Positions 16,990 through 27,019 are shown, counted from the stretch's first letter. The stretch: 64,000 nucleotides of DNA from Candidatus Saccharimonadota bacterium (GCA_013333675.2 JABCOJ020000009.1:204-64203); one strand, 5' to 3'. Notes: generated by a model not told the origin, from the sequence alone. Program-made: numbers and translations.

Positions 16990-17959
16990 GAATTATCCCT
17001 GTCGAACCAGTCGTTTTCCTGAGTTTATTTTGCTCTGCTAGAGTGTTACGCTCCCAAAAAACACCATCAGTATAGCCTTGGATGCTAGTATCGCTTGCGG
17101 CATCTTCTAGTCTTTTTTCAGACCAAGCGCAGTAAGTCTTGTCTAATTCCACACCTACATAATTTCTACCTAGCTTCTTTGCTACAACCGAAGTTGTGCC
17201 GCTACCCAAAAAAGGATCAAGCACAACATTGCTCTTGTGAGAGCTAGCAAGAATGAGCTTAGCTATAAGCTTCTCTGGCTTCTGTGTTGGGTGTGCTGTA
17301 TTCTCAGGCATTGACCAGTACGGTATGGATATATCGTCCCAAAAATTTGATGGATGCGTATCGCGAAAATTACCATTTTCTGTTTCTTCCCAGTCTTTTG
17401 GCTTACCATTCACTTTATAGGGAGCAATTACCCTTTTACGCACTTTTACATCATCAACATTAAATTTCCACCGACCATTATTCGTCGCAAACCAAATATC
17501 TTCCATGGAGTTTTTCCAGTTCTCCTTTGCGCCACGACCTTTTTCTCTTTGCCATGTTATCCGATTGCGAACGTTAAGGTATTTTGGCAATATATTGCCG
17601 ATAATGATACTTGTTTTCCAGTCGCAACAGACGTAGACGCTTGCATCATCTTTGAGAAGTGGCAATACAAGGTTTAGCCATTGTTCCGTGTACTTAGCGT
17701 AGTCTCTTTCTTTCATTTCCTTAAACTTCTCGCCGTTATAATCCTTAGACAAATTGTACGGCGGGTCAACGATAAGCAGGTCGACAAATTTTTTAGGCAT
17801 ATTGACCATAATTTCGAACGTATCGCCGTTAATTGTCTTATTTAGAATATTATCTAATGATAAGTTTGTGCCGTCTATGCAACGGTCAAAATATTCTTTA
17901 CCCTCTTCGAGTGAAAAGTCTATCGTTTTATTTCTCTCTGATTTTTTAGACTTCAACAT
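16961..17959 (-). CDS. N4C/N6A DNA methyltransferase, beta class
   Basis: DPPY precedes HPTQKPEKL and VLDPFLGSGTT. Confidence 0.95.
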   Translation of the reverse strand: MLKSKKSERNKTIDFSLEEGKEYFDRCIDGTNLSLDNILNKTINGDTFEIMVNMPKKFVDLLIVDPPYNLSKDYNGEKFKEMKERDYAKYTEQWLNLVLPLLKDDASVYVCCDWKTSIIIGNILPKYLNVRNRITWQREKGRGAKENWKNSMEDIWFATNNGRWKFNVDDVKVRKRVIAPYKVNGKPKDWEETENGNFRDTHPSNFWDDISIPYWSMPENTAHPTQKPEKLIAKLILASSHKSNVVLDPFLGSGTTSVVAKKLGRNYVGVELDKTYCAWSEKRLEDAASDTSIQGYTDGVFWERNTLAEQNKLRKTTGSTGIIHGQASLLTN

Positions 17960-18008
17960 AAAATATATTATAGCTCATAGAATCGCCAATGGCGACATGG
18001 CCACCACC

Positions 18009-18244
18009 AGAAAACCCTTTACAACTAAAAAATAAAAAATCAGCGGGGAAATTTTAAAAAATATTAAAATGGTTTTCTGGTGGGTTGCGTGCGGACTTGC
18101 CCGCACAGGTGGCGCGACTCGGAAGCTATCGCTTATGCCTCGCAGCTTGGGTTAAATTATTTTCAGACCTCCAGCGTGCTTACTTGGCTCGCCAGCGCTG
18201 AAATGGGTTCTAGCGAAAGTATAAAAACGCTCCAGATTTGATTT
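18009..18244 (-). repeat. Right copy of long imperfect inverted repeat bounding the island
   Basis: Reverse complement aligns in three blocks with 12712-12917; also a perfect 13-bp inverted repeat at 18004-18016/18071-18083. Confidence 0.88.
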
Positions 18245-18371
18245 ATTTCAGCTCAGCCTTGGCTGGGTTTTTTATACTATTTATAATAGTGTCCGGCTCT
18301 ATCTTGAAATCTCGCCCCCAATCTGTTATATTGTATAGTTGAAGCTTAGTACAAAGGTAAAAAGGGAAGTT

Positions 18372-18581
18372 ATGGCAAAGAAGAATAACACCAAGCGAAA
18401 GATTGTGGCGCTCGTCAGCGAGCTGACGGGGCATCGTACGTATGTTACGCGTAAAAATACGATGAATACGCCGGATAAATTAAAGTTGCGCAAATACGAT
18501 CCAAAAGCGCGCAAGCATGCAACGTATACTGAAACGAAGAAATCGCTCGGCCGCAACGAGGTGAAGCCGCGCAAGGGCTAG
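18372..18581 (+). CDS. rpmG: 50S ribosomal protein bL33 (cysteine-free type)
   Basis: [24 protein letters not shown] motif. Confidence 0.93.
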   Translation: MAKKNNTKRKIVALVSELTGHRTYVTRKNTMNTPDKLKLRKYDPKARKHATYTETKKSLGRNEVKPRKG

Positions 18582-18595
18582 CAATCTGTTTTACA

Positions 18596-18635
18596 TAATA
18601 AAAACCGCTCTAAAATCACGGGCGGTTTTTTTATT
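18596..18635. terminator. Bidirectional terminator between rpmG and the convergent operon
   Basis: TAATAAAAACCGCTC...GGGCGGTTTTTTATT. Confidence 0.75.
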
Positions 18636-18665
18636 GTCTGCAAGTGGGCCGAAATGACTGTACGC

Positions 18666-19382
18666 TCACAACTCAGCGCCATACGCCGTATCAATCGCCT
18701 CGGCGATCCATAGCGCATTCGATAGAATTCGCTCAAGCTGCACTTCGTTCGGCTGCTCGTTTTCGGAATAAACGTACACTGTGCCGCGGTCGATTTCGAT
18801 GCTCATTTTGCTAAAATGCGAGGTGATGACGCTGGCGATTTGCGGCGAGATCAACTGTTCAATTTCGAGCGCATGCGTCGGCGTGCCGTACACCGTATAT
18901 TTGCTCAAAAACTGGGGCGCGTACGCCGCGAGATTCCCAATCGCGAGCGGCCGCACGTGCGAATACGACGAACGATATACGGCATCGTGCTGCTTGAGCC
19001 CGATGTAAGTGTGCGGAACTGTCCGCGGAGTATGCAAATCAATCGCTACGATGAGCCAATGGCAGCGCTGGCGCTTGGTTTTTGCGACCGTGTTCGGCGC
19101 GTGAAGCTGCACGACATCATTGCGAATAAGCACTGTCGCATCGTAGCCGCGCACTGTACCGATACAAACGTGATTATCAATGTGCGTGTGCGATACCGTG
19201 TGCCCGCGCACCGGGCGGCGGTCGCCATCGCGCTGGTCGACATAGCCAAAATAAACCAGCCCGACTTGATCAGCAAAACTCTGAATCGTTTTCTTCGTCA
19301 GGCGCGTCCGCACAACGTGCGCTGGCGTCATGTGGCGCAGCGCCCGCGCAAGCCTAATCTTTAGGCGGTCGCGCCCAGACAC
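18666..19382 (-). CDS. Hypothetical protein
   Basis: 238-aa ORF whose start overlaps the GH15 stop. Confidence 0.7.
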   Translation of the reverse strand: MSGRDRLKIRLARALRHMTPAHVVRTRLTKKTIQSFADQVGLVYFGYVDQRDGDRRPVRGHTVSHTHIDNHVCIGTVRGYDATVLIRNDVVQLHAPNTVAKTKRQRCHWLIVAIDLHTPRTVPHTYIGLKQHDAVYRSSYSHVRPLAIGNLAAYAPQFLSKYTVYGTPTHALEIEQLISPQIASVITSHFSKMSIEIDRGTVYVYSENEQPNEVQLERILSNALWIAEAIDTAYGAEL

Positions 19383-21337
19383 TATTTGCTTGCTCCTTTC
19401 GTGATTGTGTCAAGCACGGTCGAAACGAATTCTGCTTGGCTCCACGATAACGGCGAAACTGATTCTTCTGCTTCTGTTTCCGGATCAATTTGTTCACACA
19501 ACGTGCCGGTCTTTCGAGCGTGAGCACGCACCCATGCGAGCGTCTTGTGCGCCGATGCGGCATCGCCTTTTTCTAAGTCGTACTGTGCAAGCCATAGCGA
19601 CGTGACGAACCACCAATTGCCGAGGCTCGCTGGATTGCGGCGGCGGTAGTTGTCGTTTTCGTAGCGAGGAACGCCCGGGCGATCGGGCGACACGTTGAAT
19701 ACGCGCCGCGCCGTTTGCACTGCGCGCTCGACAATGCCGCTATCAGCAGAAAAAAGTCCGAACATGAATGCGCCGTAAATACTCGATAAGTCGATCGTTT
19801 GATCCGGCTCGTATGAGCCGTCAGCATGCCGGCGTAAGCCTTTGTAGAGCGCATCGCGGTCGTGATTGACTAAATATTTTTGCGCTGCTTCGGCGATGTC
19901 CGACGCCGCTGAGCGCCAGGCGACCGCATGTCCATCATCATGATTATCGTCTGCTAAATCTGCTGCTGCCGATAGTGCCGCGTACACGACAGCCGTCGTG
20001 TAAGTGGTCGTCATGTATTGCTCCTCCCACAAATCGTACGATGGTTTCGGCAAGCCGGTCGACGAATCAATGTAGCTCGCCAAAAAATCTGCCATTGGCA
20101 CGACCATCGGCTCATAAAAACGTTTCATAAGCCGCTGATCATTTGCACTGCGATACAATTGGCCGAACAAGAATAATACCAGCGCCGTTTCATCTTCTTG
20201 AATTGGCGGTGTCACTGAACCATCATCGTGAATGTATGGGTGCCAGCTACTACCGACCGCACCGTCTGCCCGATATTTATGCATCAGAAATCCGCCAGAG
20301 TTTAGCCCGCGCCGGCAAAAATCGAAAAATTGGTACGCTTCTTCGTAATAGCCCATGCGAATCAGTGGCCATAGCACATATGCACCGTCGCGCGGCCAAC
20401 AGTAGGCGTATGCGTCGCGCCAATAATTCAGCATACCGCTATCGGTGCTAGCGATGATCGCGCCGCGCTTGTCGATGTGAGCTTTGAGCAGCATGACGCT
20501 CCGCAAGAATAGTTCGCGGTACGCTGGATCAATTTTACGAGAGACCTTTTCGGCGGGACGCAGCCAGCGGTACCACCATTTTGTTGTTAGAATGTAGCGG
20601 TCATTCAGGCCGTTATCGCGCAGTTGTTTATGGACGAACAATGCTTCGCGCAGCGTCGTGCCGCACGCGATCCAGTAGTGTATGCGCGCAGAACTATGCG
20701 CTTTAAGCGCTAACTTAAATCGAATCGTCGAGTCGACGCGCCCATGTTCGACAGGGCAGCTCCATAATTCGCCGTCTTCGGCGTCGCGGAATGTACCTTC
20801 GCGCCCTTCGGTGCCGAATAGCCCGATCGTGTACTGATCAAACGCGCGTTTCTGATCGTCGGTGCCGGAAATAACAAAGGTGCGCCTCCCGCGGTAATGA
20901 ACGATTGCTTGGTCATTCGGCAAAAATTGCGCCGTGTCGGTCATGCTAGCGGAGTCGCCAATGACGAATGCCTGGCGGAAAAATAATCGTACATCTTTAT
21001 CATGCATATCAAGATTGACGACATGCACGTTTCGCATAAACGCGTTGAGTTCGCCGTCGACCGTATCGTCAAACTCAAGCATAATGCCGAGCGCCTGATT
21101 TTTCGCGACGATATGCCCGACCAGCGCGTCGTGCGGATAGCTAAATACAAACGTCCACGAGCCGTCATGCAACCACGAGCACTTGCCGTCAACCCACACC
21201 CCTATGTGATGGCTCGTTTCTTTGCCGATAGTATGATTTTCAAGTCCGACATACGGGAAGTAGAAATCATGCACTTCGCCGAACGTATTCAGCCCGACGT
21301 GAAGTTCGCCGTTGCTCAGGATAATCGGTCGCGCCAT
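19382..21337 (-). CDS. Glycoside hydrolase family 15 (glucoamylase-like)
   Basis: YAYCWPRDG, QEDET, SYDLWEE, EQ...SPLSWSQAEF motifs. Confidence 0.93.
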   Translation of the reverse strand: MARPIILSNGELHVGLNTFGEVHDFYFPYVGLENHTIGKETSHHIGVWVDGKCSWLHDGSWTFVFSYPHDALVGHIVAKNQALGIMLEFDDTVDGELNAFMRNVHVVNLDMHDKDVRLFFRQAFVIGDSASMTDTAQFLPNDQAIVHYRGRRTFVISGTDDQKRAFDQYTIGLFGTEGREGTFRDAEDGELWSCPVEHGRVDSTIRFKLALKAHSSARIHYWIACGTTLREALFVHKQLRDNGLNDRYILTTKWWYRWLRPAEKVSRKIDPAYRELFLRSVMLLKAHIDKRGAIIASTDSGMLNYWRDAYAYCWPRDGAYVLWPLIRMGYYEEAYQFFDFCRRGLNSGGFLMHKYRADGAVGSSWHPYIHDDGSVTPPIQEDETALVLFLFGQLYRSANDQRLMKRFYEPMVVPMADFLASYIDSSTGLPKPSYDLWEEQYMTTTYTTAVVYAALSAAADLADDNHDDGHAVAWRSAASDIAEAAQKYLVNHDRDALYKGLRRHADGSYEPDQTIDLSSIYGAFMFGLFSADSGIVERAVQTARRVFNVSPDRPGVPRYENDNYRRRNPASLGNWWFVTSLWLAQYDLEKGDAASAHKTLAWVRAHARKTGTLCEQIDPETEAEESVSPLSWSQAEFVSTVLDTITKGASK

Positions 21338-22563
21338 TAAAGTCCTCCGTGCCGATGGTGCTCATATACGCGGTAACGAATGTCGCGCAGTGCGTTCATG
21401 AAGTACAAAAATGCGTCGTACGGCGAATCGTATGGGCTGAAATACGCGTGTACGTCGCCGTCGGAGAACCATTTCGTACACATGTAATATGGATGGTCGC
21501 TCGTGGTTAAACGCCGCCAATCTGAAATCAAATCAACGTCGTCGGTACGCATGACGTCGTCTTCTAGCGCATATAAATGGCGCATTGCCTCGTGCTGCAT
21601 GCTATTGCCGAGCCACGCTGTGAGGTCGCGTTCCGTGTCTGCCCACGTGGTCGTGTATGGGCAATCAACTTCATCTACTGCGTCGAATGCGTCGCACGCG
21701 CCGCTTGCTGTGTAAAATGTGTTGGCAGGATTCTTCAGCCACCGATCGACGAAATCTGAGAAGAATGAGAAAATACCCGTGTCTTCCCAAATGTTCTCGC
21801 CGAACGTTTCAAAATCCATAAACAAATTTACAATTTGCCCGTCGCTGCCAAGCGCGTTATTCAGCCAAGTGTCGTATTTGCTGGCGCGCAGAGGGAACTC
21901 CTCCCAATCGCGGTTGCCGAAGCGGAATGCAATGTCGTCGCTCAGGCGGTAGTTTTTCATCAGCAACTTGATGTGCTTTGTATTGATCGGACGGTACACG
22001 TAATTCGGGCTGCGCCACCCGAGGATTGGGTCCCAGCCTTCTGCTAAAATGCCTTTGAAGCCGTTGTCGTCCGCCCATTTAGCGAGATTATTATCGTAAC
22101 TGAGTTCGGTGTTACGAAAAACGCGCGTTTCAACGCCGAACAAGTCGCGAATTTTCGCGCGGTATAGTGCGACCTGCCGCTCAAACTCTGCCCGGCTAAA
22201 GAAAAACGCAAGACTATGATAATAGGTGTCAGCGACGATTTCAGTCCGCCCAGTCTCAACGAGCGCGCGAAATGCGTCAATCACATCGGGCGCCCAGGCT
22301 TCGGCTTGCTCAAGCATTGTGCCGGAAATCGATAGCGATACTTTGAAGTCCGGATGTGTATCAAGCAGTTGCTTAAGTAGCTGCGTCATTGGGCGGTATG
22401 ATTTATCTGCGACTTTTTCGAAAATTGCACGGTTATTGCGGTGTGGCTCTTTGCACTCGCCGAAATAGTCGTGGTTTACTGCTGTATCAAACACCGTGTA
22501 CTCGCGCACACGCCACGGCTGGTGAACGTGCAGATATAATACGATTCCGCGCTTGCTACTCAT
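21337..22563 (-). CDS. Glycoside hydrolase family 57 (alpha-amylase-like)
   Basis: HVHQP, FRNTEL, MDFETFGE, TSDHPYYM motifs. Confidence 0.94.
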   Translation of the reverse strand: MSSKRGIVLYLHVHQPWRVREYTVFDTAVNHDYFGECKEPHRNNRAIFEKVADKSYRPMTQLLKQLLDTHPDFKVSLSISGTMLEQAEAWAPDVIDAFRALVETGRTEIVADTYYHSLAFFFSRAEFERQVALYRAKIRDLFGVETRVFRNTELSYDNNLAKWADDNGFKGILAEGWDPILGWRSPNYVYRPINTKHIKLLMKNYRLSDDIAFRFGNRDWEEFPLRASKYDTWLNNALGSDGQIVNLFMDFETFGENIWEDTGIFSFFSDFVDRWLKNPANTFYTASGACDAFDAVDEVDCPYTTTWADTERDLTAWLGNSMQHEAMRHLYALEDDVMRTDDVDLISDWRRLTTSDHPYYMCTKWFSDGDVHAYFSPYDSPYDAFLYFMNALRDIRYRVYEHHRHGGL

Positions 22564-23788
22564 TGACTTCTCCTGTTTTCATGTTGTTATAGACGTGAAT
22601 ACATTTTTCAGCGACATCATTCCAGCTGATACGCGCGTATTCATTTTTGACATTACGCTTCAAGCTGTCGCGCAGCGCCGGCGATGTCGCAAGCGCCACG
22701 AGCTGGTCGGCGAGCTTTTCGGTATCCCAAAAATCATAGCGCAGTACGCTTTGCAATATTTCGCCGACGCCGGACTGCTTAGTGATGATCAGCGCCGTAT
22801 CGTGGTGCGCCGCTTCAAGCGCTGTTAGCCCGAACGGCTCCGACACCGAGCTCATCACGAACACGTCCGATACGCTATATGCATCGCGCCACTGCTTGCC
22901 GCGCACGAATCCGCTGAAAAATACTTTGTCGGAAATGCCAAGATCCGCAGAAAGTTGAATAAGCTCGTCGCGCTGGTCGCCATCGCCGGCAAACAAAAAC
23001 GCGAATCGATCGTAGCGCTCGCACGCCCGCGCCGCGCCGCGCATCAATTGCACTAAACCTTTTTGCGCCGTGAAGCGCGTGATCGTCGACACTACCATGT
23101 AACCCTCGTTTTTTAGCACCTCAAGATAACGATACGTGCGTCGGTCGTATTCGTAATCGCCGAACGAATCGACGTCAATTGCATTGTGAATTACTTCAAT
23201 TTTGTCTGCTGGAATGCCGTATTTCTGCACAATGATTTGCTTGGTGATATTGCTTACAGCAATGATCCGATCCGCCATCATCAAACCATTATATTCAATC
23301 TCATGAATAATCGGATTGCCGCCATTGTGCGAACCAGCGCGGTCAAATTCGGTAGCATGCACATGAACGATCAGCGGCGCGTCGGTCAACTCTTTGGCGC
23401 GCAAGCCTGCTTCAATTGTAAGCCAATCGTGCGCATGAATGATATCAGGGCTACCCGTCTTGCGCACAAAACGCTCAACGTACTTGATGTAGCGTTTTTG
23501 CAAGCCGCGCATTGTCTGCAGATCGCGCATATCGACCTGGTCAAGATCAAGTATATCAACGCCTTTATTGTCATACGCGCCCATCGCGCCGAACCGATGC
23601 AGCGGCGTTAGTTTTGTCGCCGCATGAACGTTCATGTAGTCGACATTTGAATGCCGAGCTGAGTAGGGCAGAATGAAATCAATCGACGCGCCGTGTTGTG
23701 CGAGCGCCTTGGACAGATGGTAGCACGCTACGCCTAATCCGCCGCTGTTGTGCGGTGGAAGTTCCCACCCAAGCATCAAAATCTTCAT
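22556..23788 (-). CDS. GT4 glycosyltransferase (glycogen-synthase-like)
   Basis: GWELPPHNSGGLG, HAHDW, SEPFGLTALEA motifs. Confidence 0.93.
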   Translation of the reverse strand: MKILMLGWELPPHNSGGLGVACYHLSKALAQHGASIDFILPYSARHSNVDYMNVHAATKLTPLHRFGAMGAYDNKGVDILDLDQVDMRDLQTMRGLQKRYIKYVERFVRKTGSPDIIHAHDWLTIEAGLRAKELTDAPLIVHVHATEFDRAGSHNGGNPIIHEIEYNGLMMADRIIAVSNITKQIIVQKYGIPADKIEVIHNAIDVDSFGDYEYDRRTYRYLEVLKNEGYMVVSTITRFTAQKGLVQLMRGAARACERYDRFAFLFAGDGDQRDELIQLSADLGISDKVFFSGFVRGKQWRDAYSVSDVFVMSSVSEPFGLTALEAAHHDTALIITKQSGVGEILQSVLRYDFWDTEKLADQLVALATSPALRDSLKRNVKNEYARISWNDVAEKCIHVYNNMKTGEVNE

Positions 23789-23981
23789 GTGTACACCTTG
23801 CGGTCCGTTGATTCCCCTTATGTTATCTCACCTATAGTTATACACCCCTTAGCAGCGAAATGCAACCGGCGGCGGTGTGGTGCGCAAGATTGGCTGTACG
23901 TTCGCGAAATATTCACACAATTTGACAGCGCGCCCGCTAGTTGTATACAATAGAAATTGTCAATTATTAACAGAGAAAAAC

Positions 23982-25103
23982 ATGAACGCAAGCACGCCAA
24001 CTGCCTCGTCGATTATCGACGAGATCAAACAAATCGTATTATCGCCGCACTCGTTTCGGTCGGTCTTTATTTTGATTATGTCGCTATTGGTGGCGTATTG
24101 GCTGAGCCGCTTTTTAGCGAGAGGCTTGATTTTTATCGCTCAGCGCATCGCCTCGCGCAGCGACAAAGAGTCGGACGAAGCGCGCGCTATGCGGCTGCGC
24201 CAAACTGAAACGTACTTGAGTATGTTTATCGCCATCGTGCGGGCGCTCGTGGTAATTGTCGTCGGGTATATAGCGTGGATTTTGCTGAGCCCGACAGCAG
24301 GGAACAACTCATCGGGCGCGAGCGGGTTAGCGGCTATCGGTGCCGGAGCAATGTTCGCGTTGATTGCTGGGCAGACGATCGGCATTATTTTGCGCGATTT
24401 GACAGCCGGCGCAATTATGATTTCGGAAAATTGGTATAAAATCGGCGATTATGTGAAACTTGAGCCGTATTCGGATTTGTCTGGCGTAGTTGAGCGCTTT
24501 ACGTTGCGGTCGACGCGCGTCCGCTCGCTCAACGGCGAGCTTATCACGGTGCACAATCAAAATATCACCGGCGTACGCGTGGCGCCGCGTGGCGTGCGCA
24601 CTATCGCGGTTGACATCTTTGTGCGCGATAAAGACCGCGGCGTTAACGCAATTCAGCGCGTCATCGCCGCAATTCCAAAAGGTCCAGCCATGCTGGCGCG
24701 TCCGCTGCATATCACCGATATCAACCAGTGGGGAGACAACCGCTGGCACATCACCGTCGTCGGGCAGACGGCGCCGGGACGCGAGTGGCTGATCGAAAAG
24801 TTTTTCGTGAATGCCGTGAGCGCGTTTGATGAAGATAAAGAGCCGAGCGAACGCTTACTGTCGCTGCCGCCTATATCGCACAACGCCGACGAAACGGCTA
24901 ACAAGCGCTTGAAACGCGCTGTCCGCGTGAAGCGAGATCGTCCGCAGACGCCATCGAACGGTAAATCGTCTGAATCTGCACGCCGCACGAAACGCACGCC
25001 TGTGCATGCTTACATCAACCAGCGGTTACGTACGATTAGTAAGAACGGTACGCGCGCACAACAACCAGTGAGCGAATCGCGCCCACCAACCCGAAAGAGC
25101 TAG
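23982..25103 (+). CDS. MscS-family mechanosensitive channel
   Basis: TM helices followed by YKIGDYV, GVVE..TLRSTRVR..NGE. Confidence 0.85.
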   Translation: MNASTPTASSIIDEIKQIVLSPHSFRSVFILIMSLLVAYWLSRFLARGLIFIAQRIASRSDKESDEARAMRLRQTETYLSMFIAIVRALVVIVVGYIAWILLSPTAGNNSSGASGLAAIGAGAMFALIAGQTIGIILRDLTAGAIMISENWYKIGDYVKLEPYSDLSGVVERFTLRSTRVRSLNGELITVHNQNITGVRVAPRGVRTIAVDIFVRDKDRGVNAIQRVIAAIPKGPAMLARPLHITDINQWGDNRWHITVVGQTAPGREWLIEKFFVNAVSAFDEDKEPSERLLSLPPISHNADETANKRLKRAVRVKRDRPQTPSNGKSSESARRTKRTPVHAYINQRLRTISKNGTRAQQPVSESRPPTRKS

Positions 25104-25144
25104 CCAAAACGCCGCCGCTCATGGTATAATACCACCGTCCGTAT

Positions 25145-25220
25145 AGGGGAGTAGCTCAGTTGGTAGAGCACCGGTCTCCAAAACCGGGTGTCGCAGGTTC
25201 AAGTCCTGTCTCCCCTGCCA
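25145..25220 (+). tRNA. tRNA-Trp(CCA)
   Basis: Anticodon arm CCGGT-CTCCAAA-ACCGG; CCA end. Confidence 0.96.
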
Positions 25221-25382
25221 AGCGGATAATGTGCCCAAATGAGGTTTTGTCTATTGGAAATAGCTCTTAGCAGGGGCCATTTTTGTTTTTTCTATCTTGA
25301 CTCTCATTGCTTTGATAGGATGCAGCGATAAACAGGTGGCAACTAAATACACCCGAAACATCGGGTGTATTTTAACTAATTG

Positions 25383-25417
25383 CTATGAGCTATGAGACAT
25401 GAGCCATGAGCCATGCG
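25383..25417. repeat. Degenerate heptamer tandem repeat, 5 copies
   Basis: CTATGAG CTATGAG ACATGAG CCATGAG CCATGCG. Confidence 0.65.
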
Positions 25418-27019
25418 CTAGCGCAAGCTGCGGCGGCTCGCGACATAAGCATATGCCATGCCGGCGATACCGCTGACGCCGAATAGTCCGCTCGCAACAT
25501 TCAACGGTCCAGTCTGCGGCATGACTGTCACAGTCGGTGCCGACGGCGCTGGCGTTGAGGGCTGCGCCGGAGTTGATGGTGTCTGCGGCGCAGGCGGTGT
25601 CGGCTGCGATGGAGTCGACGGCGGGGTCTGTGGTGTTGACGGCGGATTTACCGGTTTAGTTTTGCACTCGTCTGAGTTTTTGTCGACGTGTTTGCTGGCG
25701 TCGTACTCGCTGCGCTTGATCGTACGAATCGTTTTTTCTGCTTTCACGCAGACCTCAATGGTTTCGTCGGTTTGCGTCGTTGCATTGTCGCAAGCATCTG
25801 GTCCGCCGGAGATAGTCGGCGTATCAACGCAAACGTTGTTTTTGTGCGTACCCGCAGCGTACTTGCTGTACTTTGCGGTGAGCACGAAACTTTTTGCTTC
25901 GCCCGCTTTGAACTCAGAAATCGTATATGTCCAGGTATTGTCTTTGACTGCACCCGCGTCTGCCTTGACTAGCGACACTTCTGCCGGCGCGTTGTCGGTG
26001 ACGACGACGTCTTTTAGCGCGACTTTGCCAGTGTTTGTGACGGTAATCTCGTAGGTAAATTCTTGACCGACAGCGACTGCGGCGTGTTTTTGTTTATTGA
26101 CAGTTTTTGTAATTGTAATACTTGGTTTGTCGGGCGTCGGAGTCGGTGTGACTGGTTTTTCCGGCACGGTGATTTGCGCTGTGCACGACGTGCTTGTGAT
26201 ATTGCCAAGGTCGCTTATTGCGTAGACTTGCGCTTTATACGTGCCGGCAGCGTCTGGCAATTCAATCGTTGTCGAGCTTTCTGCGCCAGGCGCCGAAGCC
26301 TGAATGATTGTATTACCGTTCGTGTCAAACACATAGTAGCGGAGCTCTTTTACAACGCCGCCGTTCTGGCCGGACGCTTTACCGCTGATACGAACTTTCG
26401 TGCGCGAGCCTTGAATCGGCGTGACTGTCAAACTATCACACGTTACCGCAGGCTGCGGTTTCGGCTCCGGCTTTGGTGTTGGTTTCGGAGCAGGCGGCGT
26501 TGGCACGCTGTATGTCACTAAATTGCCGCACGCCGACACGATACGGAACGCGCCGCGCGTCGCTGATTTGCCCTCCCAGCCGTTATACCAGCTAAAATCC
26601 CACAAGCTATGTGGCCGCGAATAAACCGTGCGCCCTGCTACCGAATGCTCGCGCTGACCTTGCGCTTCGCTAAAGCGCGGCGTCCAGCCCCACGAATACG
26701 AGCTAGAGTCAACCGTGAAACGTTTCATTGCCGACATACTCGCTAGCTCTGCTCGCGTAATGCCATTGTACGTCATGACATCGCGGAAGTTATTTGTGTT
26801 CGCGTCGTAGTGCGCTAAAATCTGTTCTTTGCTGCCGACGCCACCCGAAATCATATCGTCGCTCGACGCCTGCGCTTGTGCACCCATCACGAGCACGAAC
26901 GATTGCAGCACGAGCGCAATTGCCACGAACGACATGCCTGTCCGCCGTGCAACCATTTGGCGCGACGCGCTTAACGTACGAAGCATCTGTTTCGTACGGC
27001 TTAGTATTGCGATCTGCAT
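25418..27019 (-). CDS. Surface protein with DUF11-like Ig domain, Pro/Thr-rich linkers and LPXTG-like tail
   Basis: Signal peptide; ITKTV...FTYEITVTNTG...VVVTD; MPQTG followed by hydrophobic helix and RRSLR. Confidence 0.85.
   Translation of the reverse strand: MQIAILSRTKQMLRTLSASRQMVARRTGMSFVAIALVLQSFVLVMGAQAQASSDDMISGGVGSKEQILAHYDANTNNFRDVMTYNGITRAELASMSAMKRFTVDSSSYSWGWTPRFSEAQGQREHSVAGRTVYSRPHSLWDFSWYNGWEGKSATRGAFRIVSACGNLVTYSVPTPPAPKPTPKPEPKPQPAVTCDSLTVTPIQGSRTKVRISGKASGQNGGVVKELRYYVFDTNGNTIIQASAPGAESSTTIELPDAAGTYKAQVYAISDLGNITSTSCTAQITVPEKPVTPTPTPDKPSITITKTVNKQKHAAVAVGQEFTYEITVTNTGKVALKDVVVTDNAPAEVSLVKADAGAVKDNTWTYTISEFKAGEAKSFVLTAKYSKYAAGTHKNNVCVDTPTISGGPDACDNATTQTDETIEVCVKAEKTIRTIKRSEYDASKHVDKNSDECKTKPVNPPSTPQTPPSTPSQPTPPAPQTPSTPAQPSTPAPSAPTVTVMPQTGPLNVASGLFGVSGIAGMAYAYVASRRSLR

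Larger units (their letters stand above)
12660..18245. mobile_element. tRNA-adjacent accessory/defence island (RT, R-M pair, membrane proteins); no integrase seen
   Basis: Starts at the tRNA-Thr 3' end; visibly AT-richer than flanks; ends are imperfect inverted copies of each other. Confidence 0.7.

Noticed and set aside
12660..18245. Prophage or integrase-driven island with attL/attR
   Set aside because: No integrase or phage genes and no repeat of the tRNA-Thr 3' end at the distal boundary.
25458..26054. Long antisense ORFs here and over other genes (e.g. 35129-35695, 52511-53158)
   Set aside because: Shadow or alternative frames of well-supported genes, with no motifs or RBS.
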